From contig OZ024748.1 of NCBI GenBank assembly GCA_964016885.1, positions 1,116,001 to 1,180,000 of the forward strand: a DNA stretch of 64,000 nucleotides. The letters are read 5' to 3'. Every line of letters starts with the position of its first letter. Within the stretch, counting starts at the first letter, position 1. Below the pieces are notes generated by a model. That model had not been told where the DNA came from and did no database searches. It was given only the letters and a program-made list of their open reading frames with translations. Positions 14,609 to 28,403 of the stretch are shown piece by piece. Position numbers and translations under genes: made by a program. The stretch comes from Eledone cirrhosa. Its lineage: Eukaryota.

Positions 14609-14697
14609 TAATGTAACGTGTTTAATCCAGCTATCATCTGATACCAATGGAATTAATTAAGCGACTTTACCAATCACTGATGGAATCAGAGATGTGT

Positions 14698-14792
<95 letters not shown>

Positions 14793-14914
14793 CTATATGT
14801 ACACACACACATATATATACATATACATACATCATAGATAAATAGATAGACATACAGAAACATATAAAGATACGCATACGCACACACACGCACACACACA
14901 CATATATATATATG

Positions 14915-14959
<45 letters not shown>

Positions 14960-15467
14960 TATATATATCATCTGATATTCCACCAAATGATATTGTTATA
15001 AAATGTGATAAATCAATTGAAATTGAAGTCTTTGAAATCACAGAAACTTATGTGAATGCTCTGTGGTATATAGTGCTATTGTTGTTATCACCATCACACC
15101 ACCATTATTATCACACTACCATCAGTAGCATCACCACCACTAGCAGTAGTAATACCAACACCACCAGCAACAGTAGCATCGCCACCACCAGTTGCACCAC
15201 CACCATCACCACCACAATCATTATTACACTACCATCAGTAGCAACACTACCACCAGCAACAGTAACATCAACACCAGCACCACCACCAACAACAGTAGCA
15301 TCACCACCACCATCATAGTATTCCCACCACCACCACCACCACCACACTACGGATACTGCCAAAATGTGATCCGACAAATAAAAATTGAAAGAATTCGTAA
15401 ATGACTGAACAAAAAAATACAGGGGATCCAGCATGGCCGCAGTCTAGTCGCTGAAACTAATATAATA

Positions 15468-15965
15468 ATTGTTTCTACTTTTGGCACAAGGCTAGCAATC
15501 TCCCCAGTACATTACTGGTACCTTATTTTATCGACTCCGTAAGGATGAAAGGCAAAGTTAACCTCGGTGGGGTTTGAACTCAGGCTGTAAAGGGCCGTAA
15601 CTCTTTGCTGCAAAGCATGGCGTCCGACCCTCTACCGATACTGCCAATCCACCGCCCTAACATGGCGTCCGACCCTCTACCGATACTGCCAATACACCTC
15701 CCTAACATGGCGTCCGACCCTCTACCGATACTGCCAATACACCGCCCTAACATGGCGTCCGACCCTCTACCGATACTGCCAATACACCGCCCTAACATGG
15801 CGTCCGACCCTCTACCGATACTGCCAATACACCGCCCTAACATGGCGTCCGACCCTCTACCGATACTGCCAATACACCGCCCTAACATGGCGTCCGACCC
15901 TCTACCGATACTGCCAATACACCGCCCTAACATGGCGTCCGACCCTCTACCGATACTGCCAATCC
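15468..15965 (-). mobile_element. Meta-domain SINE whose 5' 45 bp is tandemly repeated ~8 times (15616-15965)
   Basis: Unit CATGGCGTCCGACCCTCTACCGATACTGCCAATACACCGCCCTAA at 45-bp spacing, contiguous with the SINE body. Confidence 0.9.
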
Positions 15966-16125
15966 AGTGGGGTGGACTCTGACGTAGGCCATCTTTTATC
16001 ATGATTTAGTTATGTGATTAAAGATAGCAATTGCTAGGACGAATGTATGAGGGTAATGAACCGTTTAGAAACCGTGACTACAACTTACCTACGTGGTGTC
16101 AGTTGGACTTTCATTATTAGATCAC

Positions 16126-16310
16126 ATGGATTGGCAGTATTGGTAGAGGGTCGGACGCCATGCTTTCCAGCATAGTTACGTCCCTTTACAATCTGAGTTC
16201 AAATCCCGCCGAGGTTGACTTTGCCTTTCATCCTTACGGGGTCGACAAAATAAAGTACCAGTAATGCACTGGGTAATTTCTGGCCTTGTGCCTAAAGTAG
16301 AAACAATTAT
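16126..16310 (+). mobile_element. Meta-domain SINE
   Basis: GGATTGGCAGTATTGGTAGAGGGTCGGACGCC...GAGTTCAAATCCCGCCGAGG...GGCCTTGTGCCTAAAGTAGAAAC. Confidence 0.85.
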
Positions 16311-16845
16311 TAGATCACATGTTACTGGTGTTGTTGGTGGTGGTGTTGGTGGGTGGTGTTGGTTGTGAAGGGTGGTGTTGGTGGTGGTGGTGGTGGTTAT
16401 GGTGTTGGTAGTGGTGGTGTTGGTGGTGTTGGTAGTGGTGGTGTTGGTGGTGTTGGTGGTTATGGTGTTGGTGGTGGTGGTGTTGGTGGTGTTGGTAGTG
16501 GTGGTGTTGGTGGTGTTGGTGGTTATGGTGTTGGTGGTGTTGGTGGTTATGGTGTTGGTAGTGGTGGTGTCGGTGGTGTTGGTGGTTTTGGTGGTGGTGA
16601 TGGTGGTGGTTATGGTGGTGGTGGTGGTACAGGTGGTGGTGGTGGTAGTTATAGTGGTGGTGGTGGTTTTGGTGGTGCTACAGGTGGTGGTAGTGGTGGT
16701 TAGTAGCCGAGGGAGGTGGGTGGTAGTGTTGAGGAAGTGATAAATAGTTAAATTGTCGGTCCGGTTTTGACAATGACCTTGTTTTTATAACGGTGTCAGT
16801 TAACTGAGCTAATTAGCCTGGTCGTCGTGGATGTTGGCTGTGTTC

Positions 16846-16921
<76 letters not shown>

Positions 16922-17022
16922 CACATAAGTAGATAGATAATTATTTGAAAGTCAATAATATTATTATATGAAGCATGTATGTATGTGTGTGTGTATATAT
17001 ATATATATATAAGTTTATCCCG

Positions 17023-17242
17023 GGTTCAATCGGGGGTAACCACAGTAAGTAAGGTACTCAATACAAAGCAGAGTATAAATATTTAATATAGAAATGACAT
17101 CTACAGGACTAGAACTGTTTCATTCGAAGGAAATCACGAGGAATGAAATAGTTCTAGTCCTGTAGATACCATTTCTATATCAAATTTGTTGTATACACTC
17201 TACTAATGTTTTGCGTACCTTACTGTGGTTACCCCCGTTGAA
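17023..17242. mobile_element. Imperfect fold-back element between microsatellites
   Basis: Inner arms ATAGAAATG..ATCTACAGGACTAGAACTGTTTCATTC / GAATGAAATAGTTCTAGTCCTGTAGAT..CATTTCTAT; outer arms GGGGTAACCACAGTAAG / CTTACTGTGGTTACCCC. Confidence 0.75.
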
Positions 17243-17257
17243 CACACACACACACAG

Positions 17258-17349
<92 letters not shown>

Positions 17350-17350
17350 G

Positions 17351-17388
<38 letters not shown>

Positions 17389-17404
17389 TACATACATACA
17401 TATA

Positions 17405-17469
<65 letters not shown>

Positions 17470-18625
17470 GTATATATATATATATATATCAACTTGTTCA
17501 GAAATGAAGGTATGTTCTGAAACTTTAAGTGCACAGCAACATATTTCAGAACAGAATAAACTTTATTGACCGAAAATATGAAATGTGGTTGATGTGATCT
17601 ACAGCACGTGCTAGAAATTAGATACCTGGACAGGTGAAAGAGAGGCAACTTACTAGATAGGTTATTAGTGTAGGTTATATAACACCTAGTTATAGACAGG
17701 TGAAAGAGAGGCAACCCGTTGGATATAGGTTATTAGTGTTGGTTAGTTTACCACACCTACCACACTATACCACACCTCACGATACCTGACGACACCACAT
17801 CACACTACACCTCACCTTACCATACCTGACACCAGCACATCACACTACACCTCACCTCACCATACCTGACGACACTACACACCACACCATACCATACCTC
17901 GCCATACCACACCACACACACCTCACCACACCACACCTACCACACCACACAACACTACACCACACAACACTACACCACACCTCACTACACCATAGCACAC
18001 CATACCTCACCATACCACACTACACCATACACCACCACAACCCACTACCCCACACAACACCTCACCCCACCATACCTGACCACACTACACCACACAACAT
18101 TTCACCACACTTCACCTCACCACACACCACCACCCCACGCCACACCTCACCACACACCACACACCACCACACCACACACCACCACACCACACACCACCAC
18201 ACTACATCACATAACACTACACCATACACCACCACAACCCACTAAACCACACCACACCATACCTGACCACACTACACCGCCCCACACTGCACCACAACCC
18301 CCCCCTACACTACCACACTACACCACAGCACATCACACCACCACACTACACCCACCACCACCATCACAACCATAGTGGTAAAACAAGGTCATGATATGTA
18401 GGTGTGACATTTGACTGATTTTGATATTTGATAAGGGACAAATCTGAATATGGTGATAGTGGTGGTGGTGGTGGTGGTGGCGGTGGTAGTGGTGGTGGTG
18501 GCGGTGGTAGTGGTTGTATTGGTGGTGGTGGTGGTGGTGGTGGTCATACACACACATATACATGTGTGTGTATGTATACACACACACACACACACACCTA
18601 TATATATATATAATAATAATAATAA

Positions 18626-19023
18626 TTGTTTCTACTTTTGGCACAAGGCCAGCAATCACCTCAGTACATTACTGGTACTTTATTTATTCGACTCCATAAG
18701 GATGAAAGGCAAAGTTAACCTCGGCAGGATTTGAACTCAACGTAAAATGACATAACTATGCTGGAAAACATGGTGTCCGACCCTCCCCCGTTACTGCCAA
18801 TCCACCGCCCTAGCATGGTGTCCGACCCTCCCCCGTTACTGCCAATCCACCGCCCTAGCATGGTGTCTGACCCTCCCCCGATACTGCCAATCCACCGCCC
18901 TAGCATGGTGTCCGACCCTCCCCCGATACTGCCAATCCACCGCCCTAGCATGGTGTCCGACCCTCCCCCGATACTGCCAATCCACCGCCCTAGCATGGTG
19001 TCCGACCCTCCCCCGATACTGCC
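18626..19023 (-). mobile_element. Meta-domain SINE with 5' 45-bp unit repeated ~6 times (18769-19023)
   Basis: Unit CATGGTGTCCGACCCTCCCCCGATACTGCCAATCCACCGCCCTAG. Confidence 0.9.
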
Positions 19024-19418
19024 CACTCGTTTTCGAGTACGGCCACTACTTTATATCCATGTAGGAGAACCCCTACCGATGCGCTGAACGAGTGCGACTT
19101 TTTAGTCCAGCCAGCGACTGGAAAACTCTGGTACAAACACTACACTTGTGACAATTATTGACACATAGTACTGGGCCCATTGTACCATGTGACGACAAGT
19201 GTAGCGAGATCTCCAGATATAAAGCAATGCCTGTGCCGTGAAGCTTTTATAGTGAGCAAAGGCACTGCACAAAGCCAGTCCCACTCTCTTAACCAAGATG
19301 ATATTTACCAAAAAGAAGAACAAGTCAACATCATTGGATACCATCAGGGTTGCAGGTGTTATATCAGAGTTTTCCTTCTCCTAGAATTCTGCCTTGACAA
19401 AGGCTAAGTGGTCTCTCG
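19021..19418 (-). mobile_element. Non-autonomous RTE-derived element, 5'-truncated copy
   Basis: Very similar to 61398-61795; includes the C2H2 zinc-finger coding remnant. Confidence 0.8.
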
Positions 19419-19457
19419 GATATATATATATACATACATACATATATATATACATAC

Positions 19458-19821
<364 letters not shown>

Positions 19822-20108
19822 TTATATATACATATATACATTTATACATATATATATATATATCTGGTGATGGTGAGTCGCAAACATTTATATTTTCATA
19901 TATTTTTATATCTGTATTTCTGTTTGACCCGAAATAGGAGATCGAATCTTCGCTGCGTGGATGATTAGTTTAACCACCACCTCAGTGTGTTTGGCCTCTA
20001 ACGTAAGTTGTAAGCTCTAATTCATTTGAATTATAGAACGCTTGCCTCACAACTCGAAAGTGTTTCCCGTTAATTCATGGGCTGAAATTCGATTCTCGCT
20101 AATTTTTA

Positions 20109-20150
<42 letters not shown>

Positions 20151-20181
20151 CATTCATACACATACATACATATATATACAC

Positions 20182-20212
<31 letters not shown>

Positions 20213-20315
20213 CATACATATATATATATATACATACATATATACATATACATATATATACATACATATATATATACATACATATATATATATACATACA
20301 TATATATATACATAC

Positions 20316-20356
<41 letters not shown>

Positions 20357-20497
20357 CATATATATATATACATACATATACATACATATATATACATAAA
20401 TACATATATATATATATACATATATACATACATATATATATACATATATATACATACATTTATATATACTTACATATATATATACATACATATATAA

Positions 20498-20684
20498 CGA
20501 AGGAAATGTGGTAAGGAACCAGGTGGACCATAACGCACCAAAGTACTCAATACTTGAGGTAGTAGAGTGGGTAATAGGAAATAGTAAGACCCCGACAGCT
20601 GAGCTCAAGCCGTTTCGACGGCTAATTCAGAATTAGCCGTCGAAACGGCTTGAGCTCAGCTGTCGGGGTCTTACTATTTCCTAT
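20498..20684. mobile_element. Fold-back element carrying an inverted hammerhead 3' half; family also at 31607-31760, 42400-42530, 49815-50010 and 52510-52706
   Basis: Long hairpin 20575-20683 with GAAACGGC..(GCC/GCT)GTC on both arms; shared tail ACCCACTCTACTACCYCAAGTATYGAGTA. Confidence 0.8.
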
Positions 20685-20704
20685 ACATACATATATATAT
20701 ATAT

Positions 20705-21191
20705 CTAAGGCGGGTAAAATTCCCGAGATCCATGGACGAGTTCTCTCCAGCGGTCTCTGTCCCTCATTATCGCTGCTATATCCTGCATCTACAACAGACC
20801 AGTGTCTGTCCTTAGGCCATCAACATATGTTAACCTTGGTCTTCCTCTTCTAGTGTGTCCATGTAGGGGCTCCCAAAGGAGCACTGAGTGCAATGTCAAC
20901 TCTGGATCTCGGTGAGCATGTCCAGCCAACCTCAGTCTCCTCTGTGTCACTTTTGAGCTGTGAGGTGTGGAAGTCGGACCTTCGTAGAGACCTGAAAATC
21001 CGCCTCTTCATTGCTGTAGTGGAATCTGTGCTGCTGTATGGGTCTGAGACTTGGACACTGACCAAGAGACTCACTCAGATGGTGGATGGGTGCTACACGA
21101 GAATGCTGAGGATGGCTCTGAACATTAATCAGTATACACTGAGGATGAAAAACTCAGAGCTGTATGGGAGCCTCCCAAAAGTCAGCTCAAA

Positions 21192-21192
<1 letters not shown>
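20705..21192 (-). mobile_element. RTE-clade LINE 3' fragment with 5' inversion
   Basis: 20705-20960 (-) encodes [29 protein letters not shown]; 20964-21192 (+) encodes [34 protein letters not shown]...; CAGCTCAAAA is present in both arms. Confidence 0.9.
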
Positions 21193-21236
<44 letters not shown>

Positions 21237-21258
21237 CATACATACATACATACATACA

Positions 21259-21291
<33 letters not shown>

Positions 21292-21359
21292 GTATATATA
21301 TATATATTTACATATTCTACACATACATATATGTATATATATATATATTTACATATTCT

Positions 21360-21429
<70 letters not shown>

Positions 21430-21436
21430 ATGTGTG

Positions 21437-21470
<34 letters not shown>

Positions 21471-21792
21471 CACACCCCATACACACACACACTAATACAA
21501 ATGTAAATATATACATAGACCACATTCCTGCTGGTCCCTAATTTCCCTAATTAAGTTGCTGACATATAATAATATAACTAATTAGATGATATCAAAGACT
21601 AGTCAATGAGTCAGTACCACGTGACCAGGGACCCCAGGGACACCGTGTGTACCCAGTGGTATTTCATCATCACTAAGGAGCACGGTGAAGAGTAAATGGA
21701 CAAGGACGGTGGGGACAGCATCATTGTATATATATATATATATATGTGTGTGTATATGTATATATATATGTGTGTGTATATATATATATGTG

Positions 21793-21947
<155 letters not shown>

Positions 21948-21993
21948 GTGTGTGTATGTGTGCGTATATATATACATATATATATATATATAA

Positions 21994-22030
<37 letters not shown>

Positions 22031-22607
22031 ATATATATATATATATATGCGTGTGTATATGATTACGACAACAACCATCGCAAAAACTTCTATGATGATG
22101 ATGATGGTCATGATTATGATGAAAGGTTTGTCTATCCCTTATCACTTATCAGGATCATAAAAAACTTTTGCAATAAATTTCTAAAGTGAAACCTACCGAG
22201 TAATTCCCCACTGAGACCCCTACTGAAATTCTAGTGAATCCCTTCTGAAATCCTTGTTGACCCCTTCTCCCATCAAGTCCTTATCGAGCCCCTTTTAGAT
22301 TAAATAGATTATAAGTTACTGAATTTAATGAAATGTTGTCTGGGTGATTTCATTTATGATCTGGATTTCACAGTTATATGTTAATATATATATATATATG
22401 TGTGTATATGTGTGTGGGTATATATATATATATGTATATGTATGTATATATATATATGTATGTGTGTATATGTGTGTGGGTATATATATATATATGTATA
22501 TGTATGTATATATATATATGTATGTGTGTGTGTGTGTGTGTATAATGTATGTATAGTATAGTTGATAATATACTGTATGTTTATATATATATATATATAT
22601 ATACTTA

Positions 22608-22642
<35 letters not shown>

Positions 22643-22710
22643 TAATACATATTTATTTATATACTTATACATATTTATATATATGTATATACATATACGC
22701 ACACACACAT

Positions 22711-22782
<72 letters not shown>

Positions 22783-23224
22783 TAAAACATGTCTATAGAA
22801 TCACAAGATAAAATATATACCATATATATATAGCTATATATATATATATATATACATAGCTATATATATATATATCGATCTGTCTATCTCAACTATTTCT
22901 TCTCTCTACATCTGTTTAGAAACATCCATCATATCTGAAGTCTGATAACAGATAAACCAGATGCTTTCTCTCACCCCATTCTTTCCTCTACCACCTCTCT
23001 CTCCCCCTCTCTCTCTACCCCTCTCTCACACCCGCTCTCCTCCTCTCTCTCTCTCCCTCTCTCTCACACCCGCTCTCCTCTCCCACTCCCTCTCTCTCAC
23101 ACCCGCTCTCCTCTCCCACTCCCTCTCTCTCCCTCTTTCAATCTCTCCCTTTCTGTCTTTCTCTTTCTCTCCACAGTTGTTGTCTCTCTCCTTTTTCTCT
23201 CTCTCTCACTATATATGTAAACCC

Positions 23225-23257
<33 letters not shown>

Positions 23258-23744
23258 CCCCATCTCTCTCCCCCCTCTCCTCAGAAACTCGTCAATTATT
23301 CAGTAAACTTTCTAACATTCTTCAAATAATTTCTATCTTCTTCAAGACTCACCCCACAGATATTTCCCTCGAACCACCCCACCACACCTCACCTCACACC
23401 CCCCACCTAACACCACACCACCAAACACACCCCACACCACACCACACCACCACCCTCACCCCATCCCACACCGCACTACCCCACACAAGCTCACATCATC
23501 CCCACAACTCCGCAACACCCCGATTCACACCACCCCACTTCACCCCGCACCGCACCACCCACCTCACCTCACACCACCCCACATCACCAAACACGACAAA
23601 CCTTCCCCCCACCTTACACCCCCCCCCAAGAACACACCACACCACCCTACACCAACACCACTCCACGCCAATCCCCCCCCCCCATCGAGACCCCATGCAC
23701 CACCGAACACACCATCACCCTACGACATTCAACATCACGCTACC

Positions 23745-25000
23745 CGACACCACACCACCACAGCCTACCTCAAGAACACACCACCTCAGCCAACACGAAC
23801 AACACACCACCACTGCAAGCCACCCAACACTACACCACCACAGCCTACACCACTACACCCCAGTTAACCCCCAAAACTCTCCCCCCAACACTACACCACC
23901 ACGGCCTACATCAACAACACACCACCACTGCAAGCCACCCAACACTACACCACCACAGCCTACACCACTACACCCCAGTTAACCCCCAAAACACTCCCCC
24001 CAACACTACACCACCACGGCCTACATCAACAACACACCACCACCAAAAGACACCCAACACCTCACCACCACAGCCTACACCACTACACCCCAGTTAACCC
24101 CCAAAACACTCCCCCCAACACTACACCACCACGGCCTACATCAACAACACACCACCACTGCAAGCCACCCAACACTACACCACCACAGCCTACACCACTA
24201 CACCCCAGTTAACCCCCAAAACTCTCCCCCCAACACTACACCACCACGGCCTACATCAACAACACACCACCACCAAAAGACACCCAACACCTCACCACCA
24301 CAGCCTACACCACTACACCCCAGTTAACCCCCAAAACACTCCCCCCAACACTACACCACCACGGCCTACATCAACAACACACCACCACTGCAAGCCACCC
24401 AACACTACACCACCACAGCCTACACCACTACACCCCAGTTAACCCCCAAAACTCTCCCCCCAACACTACACCACCACGGCCTACATCAACAACACACCAC
24501 CACCAAAAGACACCCAACACTACACCACTACAGCCTACACCACTACACCCCAGTTAACCCCCAAAACACTCCCCCCAACACTACACCACCACGGCCTACA
24601 TCAACAACACACCACCACCAAAAGACACCCAACACCTCACCACCACAGCCTACACCACTACACCCCAGTTAACCCCCAAAACTCTCCCCCCAACACTACA
24701 CCACCACGGCCTACATTAACAACACACCACCACCAAAAGACACCCAACACTACACCACCACAGCCTACACCACTACACCCCAGTTAACCCCCAAAACACT
24801 CCCCCCAACACTACACCACCACGGCCTACATTAACAACACACCACCACCAAAAGACACCCAACACCACACCACCACAGCCTACACCACTACACCCCAGTT
24901 AACCCCCAAAACTCTCCCCCCAACACTACACCACCACGGCCTACATTAACAACACACCACCACTAAAAGACACCCAACACCACACCACCACAGCCTACAC
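23745..25000. repeat. 115-bp C/A-rich minisatellite, ~10-11 copies
   Basis: CAGTTAACCCCCAAAAC recurs every 115 bp from 23861 to 24896. Confidence 0.92.
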
Positions 25001-25124
25001 CACCCAGCACCACACCACCCCGCCCTACCCAAATAGCACCTTTTTTATCATTTAGGGGATTCCTTGCTTGATTAGAAGCCGACACAAGAACACAAACTAA
25101 AAACAAACATGACAAGCCCCCGCT

Positions 25125-25156
<32 letters not shown>

Positions 25157-25160
25157 CATA

Positions 25161-25228
<68 letters not shown>

Positions 25229-25235
<7 letters not shown>

Positions 25236-25548
25236 ATACTTTGGGAGGGTCATGTTGCCAATAAGAAACACACGCACCAGTTGCTTTCACTTCAGTTTAT
25301 TATAATAAATTCATACATTTAGGAATTTATAAATTTCCGGTTGGTTGGTTGGTTCCACAACCAGATGATTGTTTATATATTGTCAAAGTTCTTTCGTCAC
25401 ACATTCTGTGACCTCTTCAGTGACTGGGGGATTCTTTTCTTTGTTTGTGTGTTTCTTATTGACAACATGACCCTCCCAAAGTATAACAATATCGGTTTCA
25501 ACACACGTTTTCAGATAAAGAATCTTGCTAAACAAATTCTGAAACGAA

Positions 25549-25550
<2 letters not shown>
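25229..25550. mobile_element. (TA)n-flanked element with inverted arms; related sequence at ~52870-52985
   Basis: TATTGTTATACTTTGGGAGGGTCATGTTG (25229) is inverted at ~25463-25492. Confidence 0.65.
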
Positions 25551-25607
<57 letters not shown>

Positions 25608-25636
25608 CACACATCTCTTTCTCCCCCCCCCCCCCC

Positions 25637-25687
<51 letters not shown>

Positions 25688-25718
25688 ATTAGAAAGTGAA
25701 TAACACAAAGTATAGCTA

Positions 25719-25786
25719 CTCCATTACCAAAGGTTTCTGGATCACAGACGATAATAATATACGTCTGGATCAGTCGTCAGACAGAG
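25719..25786 (-). ncRNA. Type I hammerhead ribozyme, apparently intact, inside fold-back element 25686-25912
   Basis: Reverse complement: CTCTGT CTGACGA c TGATC CAGACG (11-nt loop) CGTCTG t GATC ca GAA ACC ttt GGT A ATGGAG. Stem I is 6 bp with GU pairs, stem II long, stem III ACC/GGT, GUA site. Confidence 0.85.
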
Positions 25787-25911
25787 ATGTTGATCCAGAA
25801 ACCTTTGGTAATGGAGTAGTTATATTTTGTGTTGTTCACTTTCTAATTAAATAGCTCTGTTCTATACATAGAGCACTCTTTTTTCCTTTGCTTTTCCTTT
25901 GGAATTACCTG

Positions 25912-25970
<59 letters not shown>

Positions 25971-26001
25971 CGTGTGTATTATGTGTGTGTGAATATATAT
26001 T

Positions 26002-26035
<34 letters not shown>

Positions 26036-26274
26036 CGTGTGTATTATGTGTGTGTGAATATATATTTATATATATATATATATATATTGTGTGTGTGTGT
26101 GAGAGTGTATGTATATATGTGTGTGTGGATGCTTGTCTTTGTGTTTGTTCTGTAAATTAGCGATTGAACCCCCCAAAAATTGATAAAATAAATACTAATT
26201 GACTAAATACCCTGAAAGCATTGCCCTAGCATGGTCGCAGTGTAATGACTGAAATCAGTATTTTGTTATTATTA

Positions 26275-26662
26275 CTATCGGTAGAGGGTCGGACGCCATG
26301 CTTTGCAGCATAGTTACGGCCCTTTACGATCTGAGTTCAAATCCCGCGAGGTTAACTTTGCCTTTCATCCTTACGGGGTCGATAAAATAAAGTACCAGTA
26401 ATTCACTGGGTAATTGCTGGCCTTGTGCCAAAAGTAGAAATAATTATTACTGTTAGAAGTAAGGCGGTGGATTGGCAATATCGGTAGGGTGTCTGACATG
26501 TTGTATAGCATACGGTTACGACCCTTTACGTTCTGAGTTCAAATCCTGCCGAGGTTATCTTCGCCTTTTTTAAAGTACCAGTCATGCACTGGGGTCGATT
26601 TAATCGACTTTCCCCTTTCTCTTCAAAATTGCTGGCCTTGTGCCATGTGTAGAAACAATTAT
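26275..26662 (+). mobile_element. Two tandem Meta-domain SINE copies, followed by a (TAG/CAG)n microsatellite to 27143
   Basis: B-box and Meta motifs as in the other copies. Confidence 0.85.
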
Positions 26663-26813
26663 TATTACTAATACTAATACTTGTAGTAGTAGCAGTAGTA
26701 GTAGTAGTAGTAGCAGTAGTAGCAGCAGTAGTAGTAGTAGTAGTAGCAGTAGTAGCAGCAGCAGTAGTAGTAGTAGTAGCAGTAGTAGTAGTAGTAGTAG
26801 CAGTAGTAGCAGC

Positions 26814-26851
<38 letters not shown>

Positions 26852-26867
26852 CGGTAGTAGCAGCAGC

Positions 26868-26902
<35 letters not shown>

Positions 26903-26918
26903 CAGTAGTAGCAGCAGC

Positions 26919-26959
<41 letters not shown>

Positions 26960-26964
26960 CAGCA

Positions 26965-26998
<34 letters not shown>

Positions 26999-27068
26999 CG
27001 GTAGTAGCAGCAGCAGTAGTAGTAGTAGTAGTAGTAGTAGCAGCAGTAGAAGTAGTAGCAGCAGCAGC

Positions 27069-27109
<41 letters not shown>

Positions 27110-28135
27110 CAGCAGTAGCAGTAGTACTAGTAGTAGTAGTAGTCATTGATAATTGTACAAATTTCCCCGAAAAGAAAAAACGTTGAGAAATTCTGCTGAA
27201 TTAACCATTTCCAAAGAAAATTCTATCTAAAAGAAAAATTTCCTAGTAAGGTGTGAGAGGGGAGGGGGTGGGTGATATGTGAGTTGGGGTGGGGTGGCGC
27301 AGTGAGGTGGGGTATGTGGTAGTGAGGTGGGTGTTTTTTTTTTGGGGGGGGGGGGGAAGAAATGTCAATTTCTAACATTGTTTTAATCTAATTTTATCTT
27401 TCTCCTACTTTTTTCTTTCTTTTTGTTTTTGTCTTATTGTCTTCGCTTTTCTTCTTCGTGTAATTTCATTCACTCCCAGACACACTCTCTTTTTCACTCT
27501 CTCTCCTCTCTCTCTCTTTCCTCTCTTTCTCCCTCTCTCTCTTTCACTCTCTGTTTCACACACTCTCTCTCTCTCCTCTCTCACACAATCTCTCTTCCTC
27601 TCACACTCACCTTCCCTCACACTGACAAATACACACACACACACACACACACACTCTCTCTCTCACACACACACTATCTTTTTTTCTCTCACGCATATAT
27701 ACACCATCTCGCTCTCAAACACTCACACACTCACACACTCATACATACACACACACACATTCTTTCTCTCTCTCATACAAATACATCCACACTTTCTCAG
27801 GTGCACACTCTGATTAGGTGCACGTGTGGTTGTGTGAGTAACAAGTTCGCTTCATATCTACATCTCAAATTCAATGTAACTGTGTGACCCCTTGAGCAAG
27901 TGTCTTCTATTATAGCCAGGGGCTGATGAATGCCTTGTGGCTGAAATTTGGGAGGTGGGATCTTATCGTTTTTTTATTTTATCTCTTCTTTCTCTAAACT
28001 GTATTCTTTTTTCTGGCGAAGGAGTAAGGTCCGATACGTTAAGATATTATTTTTCCTTTTCCATTAACCATGAAACTAAGAAGACTTTGCGTAATTGTAT
28101 CTCCGTGTCTGACTTTTCTAATCTTGAACGATGCA

Positions 28136-28191
<56 letters not shown>

Positions 28192-28352
28192 TGTATGTGT
28201 GTGTTTTGTACAAATGTGTATGTGCATGTTTATACATATATGTATATATATATATATATGTATGTATGTGTGTGTGTATATATCTGTATATGTATGTGTA
28301 TGTATTTGTGTATGTGAGTGTGTTTCTAAGTGGTGAGTAGAGTTGTTACATA

Positions 28353-28403
<51 letters not shown>

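Noticed and set aside
15616-15965. CRISPR-like regular repeat array (also 18769-19023 and 59973-60192)
   Set aside because: Units are head-to-tail with no unique spacers, there are no cas genes, and the context is eukaryotic; they are SINE-head or splice-site minisatellites.
27922-27950. CTGATGA..GCC ttgt GGC t GAAAT hammerhead-like string
   Set aside because: It lies in a decayed CORE-type SINE body and has no stem I, stem III or NUH partner; probably chance.
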